64,000 nucleotides of DNA from an uncultured Limnobacter sp. (lineage in GTDB: Bacteria; Pseudomonadota; Gammaproteobacteria; Burkholderiales; Burkholderiaceae_E), in assembly GCA_964481165.1 (NCBI GenBank), contig CAYZYC010000001.1:12123-76122 (forward strand). Reading direction: 5' to 3'. This document shows, in pieces, positions 9,834-20,164 of this stretch. Each line of letters begins with the position of its first letter. Position 1 is the stretch's first letter. The notes below the pieces were generated by a model. It was not told where the DNA came from. It saw only the letters and a program-made list of their open reading frames with translations, and did not search any database. The translations under genes were made by a program, and so were the position numbers.

Positions 9834-9862
9834 AAAGAAAACGCCGGGCAGCGCCCGGCGTT
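9834..9862 (-). terminator. Rho-independent terminator for the minus-strand secreted-protein gene
   Basis: 10-bp stem AACGCCGGGC-agc-GCCCGGCGTT followed on the minus strand by a T-rich tract. Confidence 0.7.
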
Positions 9863-9881
9863 CGACGCAGCTGCTGCGAAG

Positions 9882-10364
9882 TCAGTTGCGGTCGGCGCGC
9901 GGGGCGCGCGCCATGCGGTCGTTACGCATCCGGAAATCGTCGTCCGACGCGCTCGAGCGGGTCGTTCCCATCGTACTCGACGATGTCGTGTCCCGTTCGG
10001 CGGCCATTCCCTGCGAGGCCTGGCGATTGAGGTCCTGCGATTGCGGCGTCGTCTGCGTCGACATCGCCGTGCCGCTGCGCGTGGTGTCGCGCATCGTGTC
10101 CGAGGTTGCGCTGCGGGTCTCGGTCGCGGTCGAGTCCCTGCGCATGCTGTCGAGCGCGCTTCCCGGGCGGGCTGCTTCGGTTCCGGATGCCATGCCTTGC
10201 GTGTTCGGCGCGTTCATCCGGGTCGAGTCGCTCGCCGTGCCCTGGCTCGTGCTCTGCGCCTGTGCGAGGCCCGACACGGACAGGCACGCGGCGGCAGCGA
10301 AGGCCGCGAGCAGGGCGTGGCGGGGTGTGAAACGTTCGATGCTTCGGGTCATGTTCGGCTCCAT
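9882..10364 (-). CDS. Secreted low-complexity Ser/Thr-rich hypothetical protein
   Basis: Signal peptide ending AQA; S/T/M/R-rich body; C-terminus RAPRADRN; has its own terminator. Confidence 0.7.
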   Translation of the reverse strand: MEPNMTRSIERFTPRHALLAAFAAAACLSVSGLAQAQSTSQGTASDSTRMNAPNTQGMASGTEAARPGSALDSMRRDSTATETRSATSDTMRDTTRSGTAMSTQTTPQSQDLNRQASQGMAAERDTTSSSTMGTTRSSASDDDFRMRNDRMARAPRADRN

Positions 10365-10500
10365 GGTGTTTCGTTTCGCTGTCTGGACGGATCGCCGGCG
10401 AAGCGACGGCCCGACGAGGCCACTGCAGGCTGCAAGTCGGGTGCCCGCGCCGTGCGGAGAGCCTCGGTCGAAGGCGCTCGGTCGGCGGCGCGCAGTCGCC

Positions 10501-13500
10501 TCAGTCGGCCGCCAGCGCGCGCGCGAGCACGACCGCGACGTGCGTGGCGTTGCGCTGCGTGCCGTCGGCGATCTGGTGCCTGCAGCTCGTGCCGTCGGCG
10601 ACGATCAGGGTCTGCTCGCCGGCGTTGCGCACTTCGGGCAGCAGCGACAACTCGCCCATCCGCATCGAAACGTCGAAATGCGAAGCTTCGAATCCGAACG
10701 CGCCGGCCATCCCGCAGCATCCCGGATCGACGGTGCGCACGACGAGCCCGGGGATCCACTCGAGCACCGCGCGGATCGGGCGCACCGCATCGAAGGCATG
10801 CTGATGGCAATGCCCGTGCAGCAGCACGCGCGTCTGCGGCAACGCGCGCAGCGGCAGGCGCAATCTGCCCGCGCGGTGCTCGCGCTCGAGGAACTCCTCG
10901 AACAGCAGCGCCTGGCCGGCGAGCCGTTGCGCGGCGTCGCCGAGCCCGAGCACGAGGAACTCGTCGCGCATCGTCAGCAGGCACGAGGGCTCGAGGCCGA
11001 CGACGGGAACGCCGCGTTCGACGTAAGGCGCCAGCGCCCGAAGCGTGCGTTGCGCTTCGGCGCGCGCTTCGTCGACGAGCCCGGTGGCCAGGAACGTGCG
11101 CCCGCAACACAGCGGCCGCGCGGGAGTCGAAGCGGCGTCGGCACGCGCGACGTGCACGCGATAGCCCGCGGCCTGCAGCACCGTGCGTGCCGCGCGCAGG
11201 TTGTCGGGTTCGAACCAGTTCTCGAAGGTGTCGGCCCACAGCACGACCTCGCCGTTCGGCGCGTGCGCCGCAGGCGCAGCGCGGTCGCCGGTGAACGGAT
11301 CGCCGCGCCAGCGCGGCAGCGAGCGGCGCGCCGAGAATCCGGCCAGGCGTTCGCTCGCCCAGGCGGCCCCCGGAACGCGGTCGCGCAGGTTCAGCAGCCA
11401 GCGCGCACGCGCAGCGAAGCGGGCGTAGCGGGGCAGCCACGCGACCAGTCGATCGAACAGTCGCAGGCGGTGCGTGCGGTTCCAGTGGTGCAGCGACTCG
11501 ATCTTCATGCGCGCCATGTCGACGCCGGTCGGACATTCGCGACGGCACCCCTTGCAGCCGACGCACAGCTCGAGCGCTTCGTGGACCGCCGCCGACGCCT
11601 GCGCTTCGTCGCCGAGGCGTCCCGCGAGCGCCAGGCGCAGCGTGTTGGCGCGCCCGCGCGTCAGGTGCCGCTCGTCGCGCGTGACGCGCCAGCTCGGACA
11701 CATCGTTCCGGCGTCGAACTTGCGGCAATGCCCGTTGTTGTTGCACATCTCGGCGGCCTTCGCGAAGCCGCCCGCCGGATCGCCGCCGGTGCCCGGTGCG
11801 CCGACGACCCCGGTCAGCGGATCGTTCTGCACGTTCCACGCCGACCAGTCGAGCGCCGTCTCGCGTGCACGCGCGGCGTACCCCGGCGGGTAGCGGAACA
11901 GGCGCACGTCGTCCATTTTCGAGCCGCGCACGATCTTGCCCGGGTTCATCAGCCCGAGCGGATCGAACAGGTCTTTCACATCCTCGAACGCGCGCACAAG
12001 CCGGTCGCCGAACTGCCAGCCGACCCATTCGCTGCGCACCAGTCCGTCGCCGTGCTCTCCGGAGAACGCGCCGCGGTATTCGCGCACGGCCGCCGCGGCC
12101 TCCTCGGCGATCCTGCGCATCTTCGCAGCGCCCCCGTCCGGGCCGCCCTGGCGCAGGTCGAGGATGGGTCGCACGTGCAGCGTGCCGACCGACGCGTGCG
12201 CATACCAGGTGCCGCGCGTGCCGTGCCGTGCGAACACTTCCTCGAGCCGGTCGGTGTAGTCGGCCAGGTGCTCGAGCGGCACCGCGCAATCCTCGATGAA
12301 CGAGACCGGCTTGCCGTCGCCGCGAAGCGACATCATCACGTTCAGCCCCGCCTTGCGCACTTCCCAGAGCGCCTTCTGCGCGCGCGGGTCGACGAACGGC
12401 ACTACGCTGCCCGCAAGGCCCAGTTCGCCCATCAGCTCGTCGAGTCGCGCGAGGCTGCGCGACAGGGCCGCAGGATCGTCGCCGGAGAACTCGACCAGCA
12501 GCAGCGCCTGCGGCGCATGACCGCAGCCGGCGGTGAGCGCGCGTTCGATCGTCGGGCGGAACGCCGGGTTCGCGCGCGAGAGTTCGATCATCGTGCGATC
12601 GACGAGTTCGACCGCGGTCGGCGCAAGCGACACGATCTGCTGCGTGCTCTGCATCGCACGCCGCAGGCTCGGGAAGCGGACGACGCCGAGCACGCGCGCT
12701 GCCGGCAACGGCGCGAGCGACAGGACGATCCGCCGGAAGTATGCGAGCGTGCCCTCGGAGCCGACGAGCAGGTGCGCGAGGTTGACCGATCCGTCGGCGG
12801 TATACGGCCGCTCGGATCGCGGGTGGAAGACGTCGAGGTTGTAGCCGCCGACGCGCCGCAGGACCGTCGGCCAGCGGCGCTCGATCTCGTCGCGTTCGTG
12901 TGCGCCGAGCGCGAACAGCCGCGAGACGAGTTCGGCCGTGCGCGCCGACCGCATCGGCCGGCGCGCGTCGCGCCCGAACGGACCGAAATGCTCGTGCACG
13001 CCGTCGCTGAGGATCGCATCGATCGCGCGGACGTTGTGCACCATGTTGCCGTAGGCGATCGAACGCGAACCGCAGGAGTTGTTGCCGGCCATGCCTCCGA
13101 TCGTCGCCTGCGCCGAGGTCGACACGTCGACCGGGAACCACAGCCCGTGCGGCGCGAGCCACGCGTTGAGCTGGTCGAGAACGACACCGGGCTGGACCTC
13201 GACGGTGCGCGCTTCGCGGTCGAAGGCGAGGATCCGGTTCAGGTGGCGGCTCGTGTCGATGACGATCGCTTCGCCGATTGCCTGTCCGCACTGGCTGCTG
13301 CCCGCACCGCGCGGCAGCAGCGGCACGCGCGACTCGCGGGCGATCTCGATCGTCGCGACGACATCGGCCTCGTCGGCCGGGACGACGACGCCGACCGGTT
13401 CGACCTGGTAGATCGATGCGTCGGTCGAATACCGCGCGCGCGAGGCGGGATCGAAGAGCACCGCTCCGCGCAGTACGCGGCGCAGGCGCCGTGCCACGCG

Positions 13501-13530
13501 ACTGCGCTCGGAGGAGCGAAGATCGTGCAT
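10501..13530 (-). CDS. FAD-binding and Fe-S oxidoreductase (GlcD/GlcF-like fusion, D-lactate/glycolate dehydrogenase family)
   Basis: STDASIYQ, PRGAGSSQCGQ, GSEGTL, SGEHGDG, CVGCKGCRREC, CCG motifs. Confidence 0.9.
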   Translation of the reverse strand: MHDLRSSERSRVARRLRRVLRGAVLFDPASRARYSTDASIYQVEPVGVVVPADEADVVATIEIARESRVPLLPRGAGSSQCGQAIGEAIVIDTSRHLNRILAFDREARTVEVQPGVVLDQLNAWLAPHGLWFPVDVSTSAQATIGGMAGNNSCGSRSIAYGNMVHNVRAIDAILSDGVHEHFGPFGRDARRPMRSARTAELVSRLFALGAHERDEIERRWPTVLRRVGGYNLDVFHPRSERPYTADGSVNLAHLLVGSEGTLAYFRRIVLSLAPLPAARVLGVVRFPSLRRAMQSTQQIVSLAPTAVELVDRTMIELSRANPAFRPTIERALTAGCGHAPQALLLVEFSGDDPAALSRSLARLDELMGELGLAGSVVPFVDPRAQKALWEVRKAGLNVMMSLRGDGKPVSFIEDCAVPLEHLADYTDRLEEVFARHGTRGTWYAHASVGTLHVRPILDLRQGGPDGGAAKMRRIAEEAAAAVREYRGAFSGEHGDGLVRSEWVGWQFGDRLVRAFEDVKDLFDPLGLMNPGKIVRGSKMDDVRLFRYPPGYAARARETALDWSAWNVQNDPLTGVVGAPGTGGDPAGGFAKAAEMCNNNGHCRKFDAGTMCPSWRVTRDERHLTRGRANTLRLALAGRLGDEAQASAAVHEALELCVGCKGCRRECPTGVDMARMKIESLHHWNRTHRLRLFDRLVAWLPRYARFAARARWLLNLRDRVPGAAWASERLAGFSARRSLPRWRGDPFTGDRAAPAAHAPNGEVVLWADTFENWFEPDNLRAARTVLQAAGYRVHVARADAASTPARPLCCGRTFLATGLVDEARAEAQRTLRALAPYVERGVPVVGLEPSCLLTMRDEFLVLGLGDAAQRLAGQALLFEEFLEREHRAGRLRLPLRALPQTRVLLHGHCHQHAFDAVRPIRAVLEWIPGLVVRTVDPGCCGMAGAFGFEASHFDVSMRMGELSLLPEVRNAGEQTLIVADGTSCRHQIADGTQRNATHVAVVLARALAAD

Positions 13531-13567
13531 TCGAAGCTATAGTCTACGAGCCAGTCTACGAACCGCC

Positions 13568-14761
13568 ATGAAACGTTCCCAAGGCCCGGTGCCCGCCCGG
13601 CACCCTTCGGGCCGGCATTTCCTGCAGATCCCCGGTCCGACGAACGTGCCGGACCGGATCCTGCGGGCGATGGACCACCCGACGATCGACCATCGGGGTC
13701 CCGAGTTCGGCGAACTCGGCCGCGCGATCCTGCTCGGCCTTCGCACGATCTTCCGCACCGATTCCCCGGTCGTTGTCTATCCGGCTTCCGGCACCGGCGC
13801 GTGGGAAGCCGCGCTCGTCAATACGCTGTCGCCAGGCGATCGCGTTGTTATGTGCGAGACCGGCCATTTCGCAATGTTATGGAAAAACATGGCGGAGCGC
13901 CTCGGACTCGCGGTCGAGTTGCTGCCCGGAGACTGGCGGCACGGTGCCGATCCGCAGGCGATCGAATCGCTGCTGCGCGCCGACGACGGCCATCGATTCC
14001 GGGCGGTCTGCGTCGTGCACAACGAAACGTCGACCGGCGTCACGAGTCCCATCGCGCAGATCCGTGCGGCGATCGATCGTGCGCGACACCCGGCGCTGCT
14101 GCTCGTCGACACGATCTCGTCGCTCGGATCGATCGACTACCGGCACGACGAATGGGGCGTCGACGTGACGGTCGCCGGATCGCAGAAGGGGCTGATGCTG
14201 CCTCCGGGATTGTCGTTCAACGCGCTGAGCGCGCGTGCGCTCGACGCATCGAAGAGCGCGAAGCTTCCGCGGTCGTACTGGGACTGGCAGGCGATGCTCG
14301 AGCCGAACGAGAAGGGCTACTTTCCGTATACGCCGGCGACGAACCTGCTCTACGGATTGCACGAGGCGATCGCGATGCTGCTCGACGAGGGGCTCGACAA
14401 CGTGTTCGCGCGCCACGCCCGCCACGGCGACGCGACGCGCGCGGCGGTGCAGGGCTGGGGCCTCGAGGTGCTCTGCGCCGATCCCGCGCAGTACAGCGAT
14501 TCGCTCACCGCAGTGGTGATGCCTTCCGGGCACAGTGCAGATGCATTGCGCCGCATCGCGCTCGAGCGATTCGACCTGTCGTTGGGGCAGGGGCTCGGCA
14601 GGCTCGCCGACAAGGTGTTCCGCATCGGCCACCTGGGAAGCTTCAACGACCTGATGCTGATGGGAACGCTGTCGGGCATCGAGATGGCGCTGGAGCTCGC
14701 TGCGGTTCCGCATCGCAAGGGGGGCACGCAGGCGGCAATGCAGCGACTCGCATCGCCGTGA
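13568..14761 (+). CDS. Serine/alanine--glyoxylate aminotransferase (class V PLP)
   Basis: GRHFLQIPGP, HNETSTG, GSQKGLMLPPG, FPYTP, FRIGHLG. Confidence 0.92.
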   Translation: MKRSQGPVPARHPSGRHFLQIPGPTNVPDRILRAMDHPTIDHRGPEFGELGRAILLGLRTIFRTDSPVVVYPASGTGAWEAALVNTLSPGDRVVMCETGHFAMLWKNMAERLGLAVELLPGDWRHGADPQAIESLLRADDGHRFRAVCVVHNETSTGVTSPIAQIRAAIDRARHPALLLVDTISSLGSIDYRHDEWGVDVTVAGSQKGLMLPPGLSFNALSARALDASKSAKLPRSYWDWQAMLEPNEKGYFPYTPATNLLYGLHEAIAMLLDEGLDNVFARHARHGDATRAAVQGWGLEVLCADPAQYSDSLTAVVMPSGHSADALRRIALERFDLSLGQGLGRLADKVFRIGHLGSFNDLMLMGTLSGIEMALELAAVPHRKGGTQAAMQRLASP

Positions 14762-14795
14762 TGTGGCAAGCTCGAACTTCGACAGGAGACACGCC

Positions 14796-15386
14796 ATGAA
14801 CCGAATGCTGGCCGACGAACTGTTCTCGCAACTCCAGGGCGCACCGCTGCAGCAGATCTCCAGCCGCCTGGGGACCGATCCGCAGGAAACGATGAATGCG
14901 GTCGGTGCGGCACTGCCGATGCTGCTCGGCGCTCTCGGGCGCAACGCGTCGCAGCCGCAGGGCGCCGATGCGTTGTTCGGTGCGTTGCAGCGCGACCACT
15001 CGGGCACCGACCTGGGATCCGTGCTCGGCAACGTGCTGGGTGGCGGCGGCGCGCGCGATGGCGAGCAGATCCTCGGGCACATCTTCGGCAACCGCACGCA
15101 GCGCGCCGAGAGCAGTCTCGGGCAGGCGAGCGGACTGGGCAGCGGCAATGCGGGCAACCTGCTGAAAATGCTCGCCCCGCTCGTATTGACCTTCCTCGCG
15201 CAGCGATACGCGGGCGGAAGCGGTTCAGGCGACCTCGGCAGCGCGCTGGCGGCTGAACGCGACCAGGTGAACCGGCAGGGCGGCGGTTTTCTCGATTCGC
15301 TGCTCGACAGCGACGGCGATGGCCAGATGGACCTCGGCGGCCTGATGAAGATGGGCGGCAGCCTGCTCGGGGGGCGGCGCTTCTGA
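14796..15386 (+). CDS. DUF937-family protein with C-terminal DxDxDG loop
   Basis: AGGAG SD; Gly-rich, DGEQILGHIFG, LDSDGDGQMD. Confidence 0.75.
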   Translation: MNRMLADELFSQLQGAPLQQISSRLGTDPQETMNAVGAALPMLLGALGRNASQPQGADALFGALQRDHSGTDLGSVLGNVLGGGGARDGEQILGHIFGNRTQRAESSLGQASGLGSGNAGNLLKMLAPLVLTFLAQRYAGGSGSGDLGSALAAERDQVNRQGGGFLDSLLDSDGDGQMDLGGLMKMGGSLLGGRRF

Positions 15387-15421
15387 TCGGGTGAGCGGTC
15401 CGGACGCGGTCTCGATCCGGC

Positions 15422-16276
15422 GTGTTCAGCTATCGGCACGCGTTCCATGCAGGGAACCACGCCGACGTGCTCAAGCACGTCGTCCTGATCCGGTTGCTCT
15501 CGCATTTCGCGCTGAAGGACACGCCGTACTGGGTCGTCGACACGCATGCCGGTGCGGGCCTGTACGCGCTCGAAGGCGAGTGGGCCGCCAGGCGCAGCGA
15601 GTTTGCCGACGGGATCGGTCGCATCTGGGGCCGCGAGGATGCGCCTGCGCCGGTCGCCGAGTACCTCGAAGAAGTGCGTGCGTTCAACGAAGACGGCGTG
15701 CTGCGGCACTATCCGGGCTCGCCGTTCCTCGCGCTTCGCCGGTTGCGCGAGCGTGACCGCTTGCGTGCTTTCGAGCTGCATCCGAACGAGTACAAGGCGC
15801 TTGCGGCGAACGTGGAGCAGGCGGGGCGCGAGGCCGTGCGTCGCACGCGCGTGCAGGCCGGCGACGGCTTCGACGGGCTCAGGGCGTTGCTGCCTCCGCC
15901 GACGCGGCGCGCGGTGATCCTGATCGATCCGCCGTACGAGGACAAGCGAGACTACGACCGCGTGATCGCGGCGCTGCGCGATGCGCTCGGACGTTTCGCC
16001 ACCGGCTGCTACGCGATCTGGTATCCGCAGGTGCAACGCCGCGAGTCGGTCGAGCTGCCGCGCAGGATCGCGCGCATGCCCGGCGTACACTGGCTGCACG
16101 CCTCGCTCGCCGTTCGCAGGGCGCCCAGCGACGGCATCGGCCTGCACGGCAGCGGCGTCGTCGTCGTCAACCCGCCGTGGACGCTCGAGAAGGCGCTCGC
16201 CGAGAGCCTGCCCTGGCTTTGCGACGTGCTCGCGCAGGACGCCGGCGGGGGTTGGTGGATCGACAAATCGCGTTGA
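15422..16276 (+). CDS. rlmJ: 23S rRNA (adenine2030-N6)-methyltransferase
   Basis: SYRHAFHAGNHADVLKH, DTHAGAG, YPGSP, LIDPPYE, WYP, VNPPW. Confidence 0.95.
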   Translation: MFSYRHAFHAGNHADVLKHVVLIRLLSHFALKDTPYWVVDTHAGAGLYALEGEWAARRSEFADGIGRIWGREDAPAPVAEYLEEVRAFNEDGVLRHYPGSPFLALRRLRERDRLRAFELHPNEYKALAANVEQAGREAVRRTRVQAGDGFDGLRALLPPPTRRAVILIDPPYEDKRDYDRVIAALRDALGRFATGCYAIWYPQVQRRESVELPRRIARMPGVHWLHASLAVRRAPSDGIGLHGSGVVVVNPPWTLEKALAESLPWLCDVLAQDAGGGWWIDKSR

Positions 16277-16280
16277 CGGC

Positions 16281-16751
16281 ATGAAGCGGATCGTCTTTCT
16301 CGTCGTTTCCCACGCCTTCGCCGCCGCGGCGGGCTTCGCGCTGGGCATCTACGTCCTGCCGATCCTCACTGCGCCGGCCGCGCCTTCGGCGCAGGAGGTC
16401 GCAGCGCACGCGCAGCGATCGGTCTATCACGGACGCTTCCGTCGTGACCTCGCAGGCAGCGACGTGCTGCACTGGGGCGACGGAGTCGTGTCGGTGGGGC
16501 GAAGCAGCATCGTGCTGGACGGCCGGCTCGCCCCCGGACCGGATTACAAGCTGTATCTGTCGCCGGAGTTCGTCGAGACCGAAGCCGACTTCGATCGCCT
16601 GAAACCGAGCATGGTCCGCGTCGGCGACGTGCGGACCTTCCGCAACTTCGTCGTTCCCGTGCCGGAGTCCATCGATGTCGCGTCGTACCGCGCGGTGATC
16701 GTCTGGTGCGAGTCGTTCTCGCAGTTCATCACGGCTGCCGAGTACCGGTGA
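16281..16751 (+). CDS. DM13 domain-containing protein
   Basis: N-terminal TM; LAPGPDYKLYL, VIVWCESFSQFI. Confidence 0.8.
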   Translation: MKRIVFLVVSHAFAAAAGFALGIYVLPILTAPAAPSAQEVAAHAQRSVYHGRFRRDLAGSDVLHWGDGVVSVGRSSIVLDGRLAPGPDYKLYLSPEFVETEADFDRLKPSMVRVGDVRTFRNFVVPVPESIDVASYRAVIVWCESFSQFITAAEYR

Positions 16752-17103
16752 AGTCCGACGCCAATACCGCCCGCAGCACGACGGCCTGGTTGTGCTCGGT
16801 GTCCTTCGCGCCATAGACGAGCGTCATCGGGCCATGCCCGGCCGCAGCCAGCAGTTGCTGCAGGCGCCGGCGCTGTTCGGCCGCCTGCAGTTCCTCGACG
16901 TAGCGCTCGCGGAACTCCCGCCAGCGTTTCGCGTCGTGCCCGAACCACTTGCGCAGTTCGGTACTCGGCGCGATCTCGCGTGCCCATTCGTCGATCGCGA
17001 GCTGCGACCTGCTTCGCCCGCGAGGCCAGACGCGATCGACCAGGACGCGGTACCCGTCGCCGGGCTCCGCGGGTTCGTATGCGCGTTTGACGAGGATCTT
17101 CAT
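16729..17103 (-). CDS. DUF488/YeaO-family protein
   Basis: KRAYE, DGYRVLVDRVWPRG, APSTELRKWFGH, HNQAVVL. Confidence 0.88.
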   Translation of the reverse strand: MKILVKRAYEPAEPGDGYRVLVDRVWPRGRSRSQLAIDEWAREIAPSTELRKWFGHDAKRWREFRERYVEELQAAEQRRRLQQLLAAAGHGPMTLVYGAKDTEHNQAVVLRAVLASDFTGTRQP

Positions 17104-17206
17104 TGGAACGCTCCGTTCGCTGCCTGAAGCGATGGTGCCGCGAACCGGGTAACCGCCCCGGTAGAATGCCTTTCGCCAGGATCTGCGAGTGCAGAGAGGA
17201 CGGCGA

Positions 17207-20056
17207 ATGCCCGTGGAAGAACTGCCCGCGCTCGGCGATCCGTCGACGCGCGACATCGCCGACGTGGCGCAGGCGCTGCGCGCAGATCCCGAGAACGGGC
17301 TCACGTCGCGCGAAGCCGCTCTCCGGCTGGCGCGCTTGGGCCCGAACGAACTTCGCGCTTCGCCTCCTGTCCCCGCGTGGAGGCGCTTCGTCGCGCAGTT
17401 CCACGATCCGCTGATCTACCTGCTGCTCGTCGCGATCGGCATTGCGCTCGTGGCGTGGTTCGTCGAGGGCAGGGCCGGCTGGCCGATCGACGCGGTCGTC
17501 ATCGCGGCGATCGTCTTCGGCAACGCGGTGCTCGGTCATGTGCAGGAAGCGAAAGCCCAGGACGCGGTCGCGGCGCTGTCGCGGATGACCGCGGCGACCT
17601 CGTCGGTGGTACGCGACGGGGAACTCGTTCGGGTGCCGAGCGCCGATCTCGTCGTCGGCGACCTGCTGGCGCTCGACGAGGGCGACGCCGTAGGCGCCGA
17701 CGCGCGCCTCGTGCGCGCGACCACGCTGCGCGTGCAGGAAGCTTCGCTGACCGGCGAGAGCGAGGCCGTGCTGAAGGACGAAGCCACGCTGGCCGCGCCG
17801 GCCGCGCTCGGCGATCGACTCGACATGGTCTACAAGGGCACGGCCGTCGTGCAGGGAAACGGCCGTGCGATCGTCACGGCCACCGCGATGGCGACCGAAA
17901 TGGGTGCGGTCGCCGGGATGCTCGAAGCGACCGGGGAGGAAGATACTCCGCTGCAGCACGAAGTCGCGCGGATCGGGCGCATGCTCGGGATCGCCGTAGT
18001 GGTCATCGCGGCGATCGTCGTCGCGACGATCCTGCTGCTCGGCGAGATCGATTCGCCGTCGGACGTCATTGCGGTACTGCTGCTCGGGGTCTCGCTGGCC
18101 GTCGCCGCGGTGCCCGAGGGACTCCCGGCGATCCTCACGGTCGTGCTCGCGCTCGGCGTGCAGCGGATGGCCGGGCGAAACGCCATCGTGAAGAATCTGT
18201 CGTCGGTCGAGACGCTGGGATCGGCGTCGGTCATCGGTTCCGACAAGACCGGAACGCTCACGCGCTCGGAGATGACGATCGAGCGCGTGATGACCGCCTC
18301 GGGCGACACGCACGTCACCGGAGTCGGATACGCACCTCTCGGACGCGTCGAGCACGCCGGAGCCGAGCTCGCCGACGAAGCGCTGCTCGCCGAGGACATC
18401 GTCGTGCTGAGCGGCGGAAGCCTCGCGAGCAACGCCGAACTGCGGCAGGGCGACGACGGCGGATGGGAGATCCAGGGCGACCCGACCGAAGCCGCGTTCC
18501 TCGTCGCCGAGCGCAAGCTGGGCGTGACCGAACGGCGCGAACGGCGTTTCGAGCGCATCGCGGAGATTCCGTTCACCTCCGAACGCAAGATGATGTCGAC
18601 GATCGAAGTCGACCACGAACACGGCGACCAGCGTGTCGTGATATCGAAGGGGGCCCCGGACGTACTGCTCGGGCGCTGCACGCGCGTACGCGAGGGAACC
18701 GAAGTCGTGGCGCTCGACGATGCGTTGCGCAGCCGCATTCTCGGCGACGTCGATCGCTTGACCGACGACGCGCTGCGCACGCTGTCGGTCGCATATCGCC
18801 CGCTGCATCCCGACGAGGACCCCGACGACGGCGAGGCGCTCGAGCGGGACCTGATCTTCGCGGGAACCGTCGGCATCATCGATCCGCCGCGCGAGGAGGC
18901 GGCGGTCGCGATCGCCGACGCGCATCGCGCCGGGATCCGCGTGATCATGATCACGGGCGACCACCCGCGCACCGCCGCGCGCATTGCCGCCGACCTCGGC
19001 ATCGTGGAAGCGGATTCCCAGGCACTCACCGGGGAAGAACTCGATGCGCTCGACGAGGCCGCTTTCGCCGAAGCGGTGCGCAGGACCTCGGTCTACGCGC
19101 GCGTCGCTCCGGTGCACAAGCTGCGCATCGTCGATGCGCTGCAGGCCGACGGCAACATCGTCGCGATGACCGGCGACGGCGTGAACGACGCGCCTGCGCT
19201 GAAGTCGGCCGACATCGGCATCGCGATGGGAATCACCGGAACCGAAGTCACGAAAGAAGCGGCGAGGATGATTCTCGCCGACGACAACTTCGCGACGATC
19301 GTCGACGCCGTGCGCGAAGGCCGCGGCATCTTCGAGAACATCCGCAAGTTCCTGCGCTACCTCTTGTCGTCGAACATGGGCGAGGTGCTGACCGTCTTCC
19401 TCGGCGTCGTCGGCGCGGGGTTCATCGGCCTGGCCGGCAGCGGGCAGGCCGTGGTGCTGCCGCTGCTCGCAACGCAGATCCTGTGGATCAACCTGATCAC
19501 CGATTCGGGACCGGCGCTGGCGATCGGCGTCGACCCGCAGACCGACGACGTCATGGCGCGCAAGCCGCGTCCGCCGAACCAGCGCGTGATCGATGCGAGC
19601 ATGTGGATGGGTGTGTTCCAGGTCGGGCTCGTAATGGCGATCGCGACGCTGCTGACGATCGACATGTACCTGCCGGGCGGGTGGATCGAAGGCTCGCAGA
19701 CGCTGGAGAATGCGCGCACGGCCGGCTTTACCGTCCTCGTTTTCGCGCAGCTGTTCAACTGCTTCAACGCGCGTTCGGAGAATACGAGCGCGTTCCGGCA
19801 CCTGTTCGCCAACCGGTGGTTGTGGGCGGCGATCGGGCTTTCGGTCGTGCTGCAGGTGGCCGTCGTGCACGTCGGCCTGCTCAACGTCGCTTTCGGGACC
19901 GTTCCGCTCACGCTCGGGCAGTGGCTCGTGTGCGTCGCGATGGGCAGCGCGGTGCTGTGGTACGACGAACTGCGCAAGGTGGTCCGCCGCGCCGTGCGTC
20001 GCACCAGGCGCCTGCGGGTCGCCGAAGTGGCCGGCAGCGGAACCGACATCGCATGA
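17207..20056 (+). CDS. Cation-transporting P-type ATPase (type IIA, Ca2+-ATPase-like)
   Basis: LTGES, PEGL, DKTGTLT, KGAPD, MITGD, MTGDGVNDAPAL, QILWINL. Confidence 0.95.
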   Translation: MPVEELPALGDPSTRDIADVAQALRADPENGLTSREAALRLARLGPNELRASPPVPAWRRFVAQFHDPLIYLLLVAIGIALVAWFVEGRAGWPIDAVVIAAIVFGNAVLGHVQEAKAQDAVAALSRMTAATSSVVRDGELVRVPSADLVVGDLLALDEGDAVGADARLVRATTLRVQEASLTGESEAVLKDEATLAAPAALGDRLDMVYKGTAVVQGNGRAIVTATAMATEMGAVAGMLEATGEEDTPLQHEVARIGRMLGIAVVVIAAIVVATILLLGEIDSPSDVIAVLLLGVSLAVAAVPEGLPAILTVVLALGVQRMAGRNAIVKNLSSVETLGSASVIGSDKTGTLTRSEMTIERVMTASGDTHVTGVGYAPLGRVEHAGAELADEALLAEDIVVLSGGSLASNAELRQGDDGGWEIQGDPTEAAFLVAERKLGVTERRERRFERIAEIPFTSERKMMSTIEVDHEHGDQRVVISKGAPDVLLGRCTRVREGTEVVALDDALRSRILGDVDRLTDDALRTLSVAYRPLHPDEDPDDGEALERDLIFAGTVGIIDPPREEAAVAIADAHRAGIRVIMITGDHPRTAARIAADLGIVEADSQALTGEELDALDEAAFAEAVRRTSVYARVAPVHKLRIVDALQADGNIVAMTGDGVNDAPALKSADIGIAMGITGTEVTKEAARMILADDNFATIVDAVREGRGIFENIRKFLRYLLSSNMGEVLTVFLGVVGAGFIGLAGSGQAVVLPLLATQILWINLITDSGPALAIGVDPQTDDVMARKPRPPNQRVIDASMWMGVFQVGLVMAIATLLTIDMYLPGGWIEGSQTLENARTAGFTVLVFAQLFNCFNARSENTSAFRHLFANRWLWAAIGLSVVLQVAVVHVGLLNVAFGTVPLTLGQWLVCVAMGSAVLWYDELRKVVRRAVRRTRRLRVAEVAGSGTDIA

Positions 20057-20164
20057 ACCCGGGCAGACTGGCGCGGTTCGCAGGACAATCCGGGAACGCC
20101 GATTGCGGTTTTCCGTTTCCGTGCGCAGGGCAGGGTGCCCGATGCGCCCGTTCCGGAGGTCATC

